IMG/VR virus record: IMGVR_UViG_3300035193_000045
Direction: 5' to 3' (one strand)
DNA: 64,000 bases
Source: a virus
The position numbers and the translations under genes were made by a program. Below are positions 27,707-35,471 of this stretch, piece after piece (position 1 is the stretch's first letter; each line of letters starts with the position of its first letter). The notes beneath the pieces are model-generated. The model did not search any database. It saw only the letters and a list, made by a program, of their open reading frames with translations, and was not told the origin of the DNA.

Positions 27707-28388
27707 TTTCTATCCAGTAAAATTTACCTTTACTGATTTTCAAATTTCCTTTCTTTTGTAACTCCTTCATCACACTTTCTATCTTATCCAAACCATGTTT
27801 TTTTACAAGGTTTTTAAATACTTCAGGATTTTGCACACCATTACTCAAAATATTTTTTATTTTATTTCCTAAATATCCTGAAACCGTATCTGGACCACCT
27901 AAATGTGCCCCTTTACTTCGCTCATATGTTTCTTGATTATAATAATAATTATAACCATTTCCACTTTTCTTGGGTACCCTTCTATAGTAAGAACCTCCTC
28001 GAGGAATTGCTTTTCGTAACGTAAAAATAGGTATACTTTTTTTCATAGTTCGAAAATATTTGATAGCACGTACACCAATTATGTTGCGTAAAAAAGGATC
28101 TAAATTATCAGAAATAGCCTTTAGAACTACTGATTTTCTAAATTCTAACTCATTTTTCTGGCCAGTAATCTGGGACTGAAGGAACGTTATCCACTCCTTT
28201 TCTTGAGAAATAGGAAACCCAAGCCCCTCTACTACCTCTTTGGCAGTAGACACAGGAGACTGTGTCCATTGATTAAATTTTTCAAAATCCGCTAATCTTT
28301 GCGGACCATAGCAAATAGGGTCTAATCTTTTCGGAACTTGCCCCGGCCAAGTTTGTTGCCTAGAAAAAATATGCGTTACAGGAAGCAT
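27696..28388 (-). CDS. hypothetical protein carrying the GGxYYRRVPKKSGNGYNYYY module
   Basis: 230 aa; AAGGAGGG upstream; shares a roughly 20-aa module with the 24997-27297 protein. Confidence 0.6.
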   Translation of the reverse strand: MLPVTHIFSRQQTWPGQVPKRLDPICYGPQRLADFEKFNQWTQSPVSTAKEVVEGLGFPISQEKEWITFLQSQITGQKNELEFRKSVVLKAISDNLDPFLRNIIGVRAIKYFRTMKKSIPIFTLRKAIPRGGSYYRRVPKKSGNGYNYYYNQETYERSKGAHLGGPDTVSGYLGNKIKNILSNGVQNPEVFKNLVKKHGLDKIESVMKELQKKGNLKISKGKFYWIESEG

Positions 28389-28622
28389 TTTTCCCTCCTT
28401 ACATCTACGTATATGAAGTATTTTTGAAAAAATTACAAGGTATAAGACATCAACGAGATAACGATATACTTTTAGTTATCAAAGATTCTCCAAAAAATTT
28501 AATTGATAAAGTAACTATATATGTATAAGAAAAAGTATCTACCTTAAAATCTATTTTCATATACTCCTTTAACACATCTCTTAACTCAATAATATCTATT
28601 CTTGACATAGGCATAATGATTC

Positions 28623-28895
28623 CTATAAACCCTTAATACTTTTTAATAAGGCAAGTTCCTCTTGCAATATTTCTTTTCTATTTTTATACCATATTTTGTC
28701 TACCTCTACGTAAACCTTATCAAGGTAACCAGATTCTTCTAAGTCGTAGGAATCCATCCATCCCCCAGCTTGTTTATTCAATACATCTTTGGTCAATCCA
28801 CAAAGTTCTACCTTATCTCCCTTTTTAAAGGCTTTATCCTTCGTACCTTTGGTAACTATGTAATGTATACCTGCCTTCATATCGCGCATCTTCAT
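28623..28895 (-). CDS. hypothetical protein
   Basis: Start refined to MKMRDMKAG (ATG 28895, AAAGGAGAA 5 nt upstream); the track ORF extends to 28958. Confidence 0.55.
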   Translation of the reverse strand: MKMRDMKAGIHYIVTKGTKDKAFKKGDKVELCGLTKDVLNKQAGGWMDSYDLEESGYLDKVYVEVDKIWYKNRKEILQEELALLKSIKGL

Positions 28896-28948
28896 GATGT
28901 TTCTCCTTTTACTCCTGAGTAACCAATTGCACATTAGACATAGTTTAT

Positions 28949-29149
28949 TTAAATACATTTAATTATACTATGATCTTTACACCACTGCACTCCAACACCA
29001 TTTTGCATTTTTATACTATGATCTTTACACCACCGCACACCGACCCCATTTTGCGTTTTTATACTTGTAAACGCATCTTTGTTGTCCAATGTGATCGTTA
29101 TGCGATCACATTCACGATCAATCAAAAAAGTGACATTTTTAATCAACAT
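28949..29149 (-). CDS. hypothetical protein with internal 16-aa tandem repeat
   Basis: Begins MLIKNVT, identical to the XRE gene start. Contains NGVGVRWCKDHSIKMQ / NGVGVQWCKDHSIIKC. Confidence 0.5.
   Translation of the reverse strand: MLIKNVTFLIDRECDRITITLDNKDAFTSIKTQNGVGVRWCKDHSIKMQNGVGVQWCKDHSIIKCI
28965..29060. repeat. 48-bp tandem direct repeat, 2 copies (43/48 identical)
   Basis: 28965-29012 and 29013-29060, followed by a 5-nt start of a third unit. Confidence 0.9.
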
Positions 29150-29220
29150 TTTATATTTCCTTTCATTTAGGTATTAAAGTACTTAATTATACCTTAATAC
29201 TATTCCTCTAAATATTTTAC
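29129..29220 (-). repeat. 92-bp promoter/5' cassette, copy A
   Basis: 89/92 identical to 29765-29856. Spans the first 7 codons, the RBS and the AGGTATTAAAGTACTTAATTATACCT motif (29169-29194). Confidence 0.9.
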
Positions 29221-29224
29221 ATAT

Positions 29225-29785
29225 CTAGTCTACCCACCCACAAGTACAAATAATAGAAATAGGAACATCTATAATGATAGGAGAGGATGTGTCCAATTTA
29301 CAATTAACCCATTTACCATTATTAGGATCATTCTTATTTGACCAATAATCTGCATTCTCACATATATAATCAGCTATTATTAAAACCTCTTGAATATCGT
29401 CTTCTTCATCTATATTTACGTAATGCCTATGTGCTTTCTCTAAAAGCTCAATATCTTTTTTTGTAGGATTTTTTATAAGACACAAAGTAGGTGAATTTTC
29501 AGAAGTAACCCAAACAAGTAAAACATTATAATCTGCTAAGGTAAACGCTCCTAGGCTTTCTGCTGCACGTATATTTAATTCCTCAACAGGAATTTGAAGA
29601 AATCTCGCAATGCTTTCATTTTGAGTATCACTAAATGGAAATTGTTTAGCTCGCTCAATATCTGATACAGATGTAACTGACACTTTCAATGTTCTTGCAA
29701 GATCTCCAAGAGTTTTACCTTTTTTCTTTCTTTCCTCACGAAGGTATTCTCCATACAATCTTTTAGTGACATTTTTAATCAACAT
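29225..29785 (-). CDS. XRE-family HTH transcriptional regulator with unknown C-terminal domain
   Basis: KKGKTLGDLARTLKVSVTSVSDIERAKQFP is a typical Cro/CI-type HTH; 186 aa. Confidence 0.75.
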   Translation of the reverse strand: MLIKNVTKRLYGEYLREERKKKGKTLGDLARTLKVSVTSVSDIERAKQFPFSDTQNESIARFLQIPVEELNIRAAESLGAFTLADYNVLLVWVTSENSPTLCLIKNPTKKDIELLEKAHRHYVNIDEEDDIQEVLIIADYICENADYWSNKNDPNNGKWVNCKLDTSSPIIIDVPISIICTCGWVD

Positions 29786-29856
29786 TTTCTATTTCCTTTC
29801 TTTTAGGTATTAAGGTACTTAATTATACCTTAATACTATTCCTCTAAATATTTTAC
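29765..29856 (-). repeat. 92-bp promoter/5' cassette, copy B
   Basis: See copy A. Contains TATAAT on the minus strand within AAGGTATAATTAAGTACCTT. Confidence 0.9.
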
Positions 29857-29879
29857 GGCAAAATGGAGGTATTGTCTAT

Positions 29880-29926
29880 AAAAAAGTGCCCTTGGTAGGA
29901 GGAAAGGAGACTCACTACCAAGGGCA
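29880..29926 (-). terminator. intrinsic terminator (12-bp stem + U6)
   Basis: TGCCCTTGGTAG / CTACCAAGGGCA (29887-29898 / 29915-29926). The minus strand continues CTTTTTTATAG. Confidence 0.6.
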
Positions 29927-29963
29927 ACCCCAACAAGGTATACAGGAGGTCCACGAAGTGGCT
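29880..29963 (-). ncRNA. candidate ~85-nt sRNA with CCUCC (anti-SD-like) motifs
   Basis: Minus-strand TTGTTA (29997-29992), 16 nt, TATATT (29975-29970), then CCAC-UUC-GUGG, ACCUCCU, and a terminator hairpin whose loop reads UCUCCUUUCC. No ORF of 60 aa or more. Confidence 0.3.
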
Positions 29964-30127
29964 ATCTATAATATAGCCCTTTTTTAAAAATTAACAACAC
30001 TGAGGAAGCAATTGTGCAATAGCAATAATTGCATCTACCTGAGTAGCAAGGTCAGTATGATTGTTAAAGTGGATTTAACCCATACACCACATCAACAATA
30101 ATTTCAATACAAATCTTTATTAAAGAT

Positions 30128-30182
30128 GAAAAATAGATAAACCACTCCCTAAATCAACCATGCCGATATAATTTAGGGAGTG
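30128..30182 (-). terminator. hairpin terminator candidate after gene 30275-30502
   Basis: CACTCCCTAAAT / ATTTAGGGAGTG (30143-30154 / 30171-30182), 16-nt loop. The minus strand continues GTTTATCTATTTTTC. Confidence 0.45.
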
Positions 30183-30274
30183 TAACCCAAGGAGAAGAAA
30201 AGGACATATGACATTAATTAATGTAACACCTATTGATAAATAAACAACTTAACTAATCATCTATTTACAATCCA

Positions 30275-30502
30275 TCACTTAGAAACATCACATGAAATCT
30301 TATCAAAATTGTTCATCATTTTCTTTTCATCATCAAATACGAAAATCTCAGCTCGTTTACCAGTAAAAATGAAATCTAAAAGCATTTTTGATGGAGAACT
30401 CTTAAGACATCCATCTTTTCTAAAAAGATCAGAAACATTCTCATATTCAACGATCGTAACAATCTCGTCATCCTTATCGTATTTCAAAAACTGAACTGTC
30501 AT
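30275..30502 (-). CDS. hypothetical protein
   Basis: 75 aa, last gene before the non-coding hairpin locus. Confidence 0.55.
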   Translation of the reverse strand: MTVQFLKYDKDDEIVTIVEYENVSDLFRKDGCLKSSPSKMLLDFIFTGKRAEIFVFDDEKKMMNNFDKISCDVSK

Positions 30503-30530
30503 TTTAATCCCTCATCTATTTATCACCCTT

Positions 30531-30884
30531 TTATTTATCCAAAAACCGATCTACCTTCCGTAAATTCAATCCAGTTATATCACTACGCCCAGTCCCCCAG
30601 CATTTATCGCAAACATCTTCGGTAATACTCTGTCCCCCTATTCCTCTTTTCCAAGTTGCAGTAGAAGAATACGCTTTCGTGCCTTCCCCTCCACAAGACG
30701 AACAAATAACTCCCGCCATTGCAAATACCTGAGACCGCATTCTATGTAATTCTTGTAATGCACTCATTACTCGTAATTCAGGATCAGTTCCAATTAAACA
30801 ATTTTTTGCCCTCTCACAAGCTTGCTTCCACTCCTCTAAAAGAAATGGTTTTCCGTAATCATTACTTTCATCCCAAACAGTCAT
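30531..30884 (-). CDS. DnaJ-type zinc-finger (CxxCxGxG x2) protein
   Basis: CSSCGGEG and CDKCWGTG motifs in 117 aa. Confidence 0.55.
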   Translation of the reverse strand: MTVWDESNDYGKPFLLEEWKQACERAKNCLIGTDPELRVMSALQELHRMRSQVFAMAGVICSSCGGEGTKAYSSTATWKRGIGGQSITEDVCDKCWGTGRSDITGLNLRKVDRFLDK

Positions 30885-31138
30885 CTAGGTATCCTTTGCC
30901 TTTCTAAAGAAATTACTGTCCTGTTAGTATAGTCAATCTCAATAGGAATATTTCTATATCTATTTTCTCCATTACTATCTTCATAAATTACCTGCATCCA
31001 ATTAGGTATACTATCCCGTAATACCGAAAAATAAATATCCCCTATTACGAAATACCATTTATTAGGACACTTTAAAATAGAATAGGTATTACGTAATTCA
31101 ATTAATTTATCCATTATTTCAAAAATATTAAACATCAT
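30881..31138 (-). CDS. hypothetical protein
   Basis: 85 aa, 4-nt overlap with the downstream gene. Confidence 0.5.
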   Translation of the reverse strand: MMFNIFEIMDKLIELRNTYSILKCPNKWYFVIGDIYFSVLRDSIPNWMQVIYEDSNGENRYRNIPIEIDYTNRTVISLERQRIPR

Positions 31139-31526
31139 CCCTTGTATCTAAATGACAAAAATCACCACATTCATTCATATATCGACGTTCCCCTATAGCC
31201 AATAATCGTTCATCTAAAAATTCATCCCGATTACACTCAATAAACTTATGACATAAAGATAACCCTATCCTAATTTTATCCGGGGGTGAATACTGTGTTG
31301 TAATCTCTCCAAAACATGCACAATCATGAGTACAGTATCTCCTTTCAGCACTACTATTTCCAGAATAAATGCATTTAACCTTAATCAATTTTCCTGCTCT
31401 ATTAATGTACAATAATCCACGCCAATCTATTTTTACCTTCGGCATTTTCCCATTTTCAAAATTCTTTAATACATCTGCTTTTACGTAGTTTGCTTGCTTA
31501 GACATTTTAATTCTCCTATTTTCCAA
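31128..31526 (-). CDS. Cys-rich hypothetical protein
   Basis: 132 aa with scattered Cys/His (CTHDCACFG...CHKFIEC...CGDFCH). Confidence 0.5.
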   Translation of the reverse strand: MENRRIKMSKQANYVKADVLKNFENGKMPKVKIDWRGLLYINRAGKLIKVKCIYSGNSSAERRYCTHDCACFGEITTQYSPPDKIRIGLSLCHKFIECNRDEFLDERLLAIGERRYMNECGDFCHLDTRDDV

Positions 31527-31773
31527 AACATAATTCTTTTACACCTTTATGCTTTAAACAAAGATATTCCTTATTAAATTTTACTACCTTATCCTCAGCT
31601 ATTGATAAATCAATGCTCATTGATTTTATAACAGAATCAATACATCTATATAATTTTTCATCAACTAAATCTTCTTTATAAATAACCCGTTTACAAATTT
31701 TACATAAACCTATAGCATGGTAAACATGATTAGAAGCCGTAGGCCCCCTACTCCATATCGTAGACTTGCGCAT
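31516..31773 (-). CDS. Cys-rich hypothetical protein
   Basis: CKICKR...CLKHKG in 85 aa. Confidence 0.5.
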   Translation of the reverse strand: MRKSTIWSRGPTASNHVYHAIGLCKICKRVIYKEDLVDEKLYRCIDSVIKSMSIDLSIAEDKVVKFNKEYLCLKHKGVKELCFGK

Positions 31774-31774
31774 A

Positions 31775-32152
31775 TTATTCTCCCTTCTTAAATTTCATTA
31801 AACGAAATCCTTTTTTAAAAAATAATAAGGATTTGTCTTTTACTAAAGCTAAATGCGAATATTTCCTTGACTCATTTATTAATTCTTTTAATCTGACAAA
31901 TTGCTTATCTAACCTTAGCAATTCATCCATACATTTATTTCTAAAAAATACAATAGAAGCATCTAAAGCCTCTTCCCTAGTTTCACAAATTGCCCAATGT
32001 GGGCAACTTCCTCTATGCCCATTAACATATTGAACCATAGTATACATATAATCTCTATAGAGCAATTCAACTTCTATTGGACCATTATTTGTTACTTCCC
32101 AAACCTTTTGTCCATTCCTAATCCATTTATCTATATCTCTTTTTTTAGACAT
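31775..32152 (-). CDS. hypothetical protein, distant member of the xEEEAL-helix paralog family
   Basis: ...WAICETREEALDASIVFF followed by a coiled-coil tail, as in the 34.3-39.6 kb array. Confidence 0.5.
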   Translation of the reverse strand: MSKKRDIDKWIRNGQKVWEVTNNGPIEVELLYRDYMYTMVQYVNGHRGSCPHWAICETREEALDASIVFFRNKCMDELLRLDKQFVRLKELINESRKYSHLALVKDKSLLFFKKGFRLMKFKKGE

Positions 32153-32184
32153 TTTGTCTCCTAACCTTATTTAAAAAAGCCTGT

Positions 32185-32304
32185 TCATATCCACTTATAA
32201 TATAATATAATATAATATATAATAAAATAACATATCCAAAAGATAAGCAACCCTAATAAAAAAATTGCTTTTAATATATCCATAATATGTTCCCATCTAC
32301 CCAT
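32185..32304 (-). CDS. small hydrophobic peptide (39 aa, not in the ORF track)
   Basis: AGGAGA 4 nt upstream of the ATG at 32304. Hand translation: MGRWEHIMDILKAIFLLGLLIFWICYFIIYYIILYYKWI. Contains the (TATAA)4 repeat. Confidence 0.35.
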   Translation of the reverse strand: MGRWEHIMDILKAIFLLGLLIFWICYFIIYYIILYYKWI

Positions 32305-32389
32305 TTTATCTCCTAACTTTGTCAACTACTTTACTTACGTGTTAAATCCTCTAACTTAGCTAACTCATCCCATTATATCTATTTTATTT

Positions 32390-32671
32390 TCAATGGACAT
32401 CATCAATACCTTTCATTTTTGATAAACCTATTCGACAAAATGTATCTATTGAAGATTCAATCTGAGTATATTGAAAACATGGGGTTTCTTTATACCATTC
32501 CTCATTATGGATAGCACACCTATATTTCCCTGGATAATTTCCTATCAAATGTTTACAGGGACCATTACCTACATGATGTATCAAATTTCCTTCTTGAATA
32601 CCTAATTTAGGATTATCTACGATAATAACAGACAAATGAGTACAACAATAGCCACAATGTAAACAAATCAT
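32390..32671 (-). CDS. YkgJ-like CxxCxxCC zinc/iron-chelating domain protein
   Basis: CLHCGYCC...CKHL...CAIHNEEWYKETPCFQY matches the layout of the CxxCxxCC family. Confidence 0.6.
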   Translation of the reverse strand: MICLHCGYCCTHLSVIIVDNPKLGIQEGNLIHHVGNGPCKHLIGNYPGKYRCAIHNEEWYKETPCFQYTQIESSIDTFCRIGLSKMKGIDDVH

Positions 32672-32785
32672 TTTATTTTATTTTTCAGAAATAAAACCTA
32701 AAGCCATTACATAACCAAGTTCTACTGCTAATGATCTATATTTTACTGAAACTAATTTACTCATTTTGATTCTCTGACCAATCTT

Positions 32786-32977
32786 TCAAAACCCTACATA
32801 GGGAATTGCCCAAAATTCCTGATATAATACCTTTGTTAGTTTAGCTCGACAATCACAACAAATAAATTTACCATTTATTTTTACTGTACTTAATATAAGA
32901 TTACAATAAGCACACATTCCTTCTTCCATATGAATAAAAGGAAGATCTTTTATATCTATTTTCTTTTTTTCAGACAT
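32786..32977 (-). CDS. zinc-ribbon protein (paralog of 32970-33269)
   Basis: CAYCN...ICCDCRAKL parallels CDFCN...ICATCRYDM in the neighbour. Confidence 0.5.
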   Translation of the reverse strand: MSEKKKIDIKDLPFIHMEEGMCAYCNLILSTVKINGKFICCDCRAKLTKVLYQEFWAIPYVGF

Positions 32978-33269
32978 AATAGATTATAACTAAACATATA
33001 CCAATAATAATTAAAGAAAATAAGAAAAGCACATTTAATCTATGCGCACAATGTATTCGCGCCAAATTACGTTCACATCCATCAATATTTTTATCTATAA
33101 TAACCTGAACGGCCTTATACAGCATATCATAACGACAAGTAGCGCAAATATAACTATCAACTTTAGCTTTTGCAACTTCCATATTACAAAAATCGCAATA
33201 CTTAAATAAATTAGGATCTATTTTTTCAATGTTAAACATATCTATGCATCCTTTTGATTTTCTGGCCAA
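32970..33269 (-). CDS. zinc-ribbon protein with C-terminal membrane anchor
   Basis: CDFCN...CATC plus C-terminal LFLFSLIIIGICLVIIYYV. Confidence 0.5.
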   Translation of the reverse strand: MARKSKGCIDMFNIEKIDPNLFKYCDFCNMEVAKAKVDSYICATCRYDMLYKAVQVIIDKNIDGCERNLARIHCAHRLNVLFLFSLIIIGICLVIIYYV

Positions 33270-33454
33270 GCTTTTATATTATTGCATTTGTCCACAGCGT
33301 CTTCCCATTTACATAAGAGGAAATCTAAATTCTTTTTACAAACCCTACATTTACACTTTTCATAATAATAACAATCAAATTTATTTACACCACTATTACC
33401 TTTATATCCACAAAAATGTTCTTCATCACAAGCCGTTACTATCTTTTCAGACAT
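33242..33454 (-). CDS. Cys-rich hypothetical protein
   Basis: 70 aa with 9 Cys. Confidence 0.45.
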   Translation of the reverse strand: MSEKIVTACDEEHFCGYKGNSGVNKFDCYYYEKCKCRVCKKNLDFLLCKWEDAVDKCNNIKAWPENQKDA

Positions 33455-34077
33455 AACCTATATGCCTCCTCCACTTGTTTAGAATTTTTAAATCCTTTAT
33501 ACCGTTCGCCTACTGGATAAGTTTCACACCATTCTTTTACAGTTCTATATTTAGCACCATAAACCCTATGATCCAAGGATTTACTAGGTAATAAAGTCTT
33601 TACTACTCCTTTGTTTACTTCATATTCTACTATAGGTTTTCGACCTACGTCATTGACATCTCTATCAAATAATTGACACCGCAGACTAAGGAATGGAAAA
33701 TAATAAGCAATTATTTTCCATTCATATTCTATCCATTCAACCGTTGCATTAGGCCCTATATTACCATAATGACAACCAATATTTCCTTCCCAATCACACC
33801 AGCCATGAGGACCTTTACTATATTCCGAAGTAATCCATTCATTGCATAAAAAAATCAAAGGTAAATATGTAATACCGCCTTGCCTAAAACCATGTTTATT
33901 TTCCCATATATTAAGGCTATCTGTTCTAATAATTATCTCAGAAGCTTGCTCTTTAGTAATTAATTTACCCAATACTACCATAGCTGAATATTCTGGTAAT
34001 TGAATAGCTTTTAAATCGAATCTAAATGGGATTCGTTGAAATATATTAGTTAAATGCTGAATTGATCTTCTTTCCAT
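33439..34077 (-). CDS. hypothetical protein
   Basis: 212 aa, Trp/Tyr-rich; no motif recognised. Confidence 0.6.
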   Translation of the reverse strand: MERRSIQHLTNIFQRIPFRFDLKAIQLPEYSAMVVLGKLITKEQASEIIIRTDSLNIWENKHGFRQGGITYLPLIFLCNEWITSEYSKGPHGWCDWEGNIGCHYGNIGPNATVEWIEYEWKIIAYYFPFLSLRCQLFDRDVNDVGRKPIVEYEVNKGVVKTLLPSKSLDHRVYGAKYRTVKEWCETYPVGERYKGFKNSKQVEEAYRLCLKR

Positions 34078-34325
34078 ATTACTAACCTTTTACTATGTTT
34101 ATATTGATGCCTTCTTACCTTTTTCCAAGTAGTTTTATTAGATATAACAGGATACCACATTACCTGCCACATACGATCTCCTGTCCATCCCTTTTTATTT
34201 CTATTTTCTAATCGATGATATCTACAATATGAACAAGCAATAAGATTTTGATTTTCTAAATACCTTTTTCTTAATCGTTTATAAAGTTGATTATTATTAG
34301 TGGTTTTATATTCACTTAATCGCAT
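34050..34325 (-). CDS. basic hypothetical protein
   Basis: 91 aa, Lys/Arg-rich, contains CSYCRYH. Confidence 0.5.
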   Translation of the reverse strand: MRLSEYKTTNNNQLYKRLRKRYLENQNLIACSYCRYHRLENRNKKGWTGDRMWQVMWYPVISNKTTWKKVRRHQYKHSKRLVIWKEDQFSI

Positions 34326-34326
34326 T

Positions 34327-34944
34327 TTATCCCTTCCACATTAAACTAATATAGTGTAAAGCATCTTCTTTTGTATAGAATAAACTTTCTCGTTCTCTTA
34401 TCGCATAAATGTATTCATCTAATTCACTACAAAATAAATAAGTAGTACGACAATTACATTCATCGTAGCTACCTTCTTGCAAAATACGTCCTTTTTGAAT
34501 TCGAATAGATGCGCTCTTAATAAATACATAATAAACAGGTAATTCTTTATCAATACATTCATGAAAATCTGAATTAGACCTAGGACCTATTTTTCTAACC
34601 AATTTTGCATCAGGTGAAAAAAGATATTCATAAAATTCTTCCTGCTTTTTATTTATAAATTCTATAGCTCTAGTTCTATCAGGTTCATTATCTATTAACA
34701 GAATAGTATATGTTTTAATACTTCCGTCAAACTTATGTATTGTATATTGACACCTTTTATATCTAACCAATCGAACCTTATTCATTCCAATAGAAGAACA
34801 ATCTTTATCAGTAAAAATTAAAGGTGTTTTATTATATAAAGGAATACTTATTACGTCATAGCCATTATCTACATCTACCCGCCTAACTTGATTATGCAGT
34901 GGCCCACCTATATAACGAATATTTTCATACACCATTATTTCCAA
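34327..34944 (-). CDS. paralog-array member (family unit in C-terminal half)
   Basis: IGPRSNSDFHECIDKELPVYYVFIK...LFYTKEDALHYISLMW. Confidence 0.6.
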   Translation of the reverse strand: MEIMVYENIRYIGGPLHNQVRRVDVDNGYDVISIPLYNKTPLIFTDKDCSSIGMNKVRLVRYKRCQYTIHKFDGSIKTYTILLIDNEPDRTRAIEFINKKQEEFYEYLFSPDAKLVRKIGPRSNSDFHECIDKELPVYYVFIKSASIRIQKGRILQEGSYDECNCRTTYLFCSELDEYIYAIRERESLFYTKEDALHYISLMWKG

Positions 34945-35471
34945 ATCCTTTCTATTTCGGATAACACTAATTTATTAGTATAAAAAATACTATCAATAGG
35001 TAAACTCCATCTTTGAGGAGGTACATCCATTGCTTCTTCTATTAATAAAAAATCATGACTCTTAATTAAAGGATCTATTTGATTAATTATACCTTTTATT
35101 ATTAATATCGTAGACAATGTTTTAACAAAACTATAAACAATAGTTTTATCTTTAATACACTTTTCTATTTCTTCCTTTGTTCTTGGACCAATGCTTATTT
35201 TATTAGAATTATTTTGTTTAATATCCCATAAATAATAAGCATGTGATTTACAGACCCCTACTGATTCACTATCAATAGGTTCTTCTACCACATCATCTCT
35301 ATCTAAATCCGTATATACGTAACACTTATTAATACTATCCCCCTTATCTATCATTATTCCATCTATTTTAAAATTAATATATTGACCATTGCTTCCATTA
35401 TACACAAAGCAAACTGTACCATTGTTCATTAGATCTATTAACTCATTTATCTTAAAAGGCTTCCACTCCAT
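34935..35471 (-). CDS. paralog-array member (two family units)
   Basis: INELIDLMNNGTVCFVYNG...CKSHAYYLW, then IGPRTKEEIEKCIKDKTIVYSFVK...IFYTNKLVLSEIERIW. Confidence 0.6.
   Translation of the reverse strand: MEWKPFKINELIDLMNNGTVCFVYNGSNGQYINFKIDGIMIDKGDSINKCYVYTDLDRDDVVEEPIDSESVGVCKSHAYYLWDIKQNNSNKISIGPRTKEEIEKCIKDKTIVYSFVKTLSTILIIKGIINQIDPLIKSHDFLLIEEAMDVPPQRWSLPIDSIFYTNKLVLSEIERIWK

Noticed and set aside
28450-28560. 37-aa minus-strand ORF (ATG 28560, MKIDFKVDTFSY...) in the 28389-28622 gap
   Set aside because: The SD-to-ATG spacing is only 3 nt, the sequence is unremarkable, and there is no coupling to neighbours. Support is too weak to list as a feature.
28965-29060. 48-bp direct repeats considered as a possible CRISPR array
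   Set aside because: There are only two contiguous copies with no spacers between them, they lie in-frame inside an ORF, and no cas genes are present. This is a tandem duplication, not a CRISPR array.
29225-29785. XRE/CI-like regulator read as evidence for a temperate lifestyle or immunity region
   Set aside because: No integrase, excisionase, Cro partner or att-like repeat is visible in the window. One HTH protein is insufficient, so lifestyle is left open.
29873-30240. Tiny plus-strand peptides (MEVLSIKKCPW at 29873; GTG-started VAIYNIALF at 29958; MTLINVTPIDK at 30208), and a plus-strand reading of the locus as a GGA-rich CsrA-sponge RNA
   Set aside because: The peptides are 9-11 aa with poor or ambiguous initiation contexts. 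The plus-strand reading has only a weak 6-bp-stem terminator (29960-29985) and no convincing promoter, whereas the minus-strand reading has a promoter and a strong terminator. It is retained only as an alternative to test by RNA-seq.
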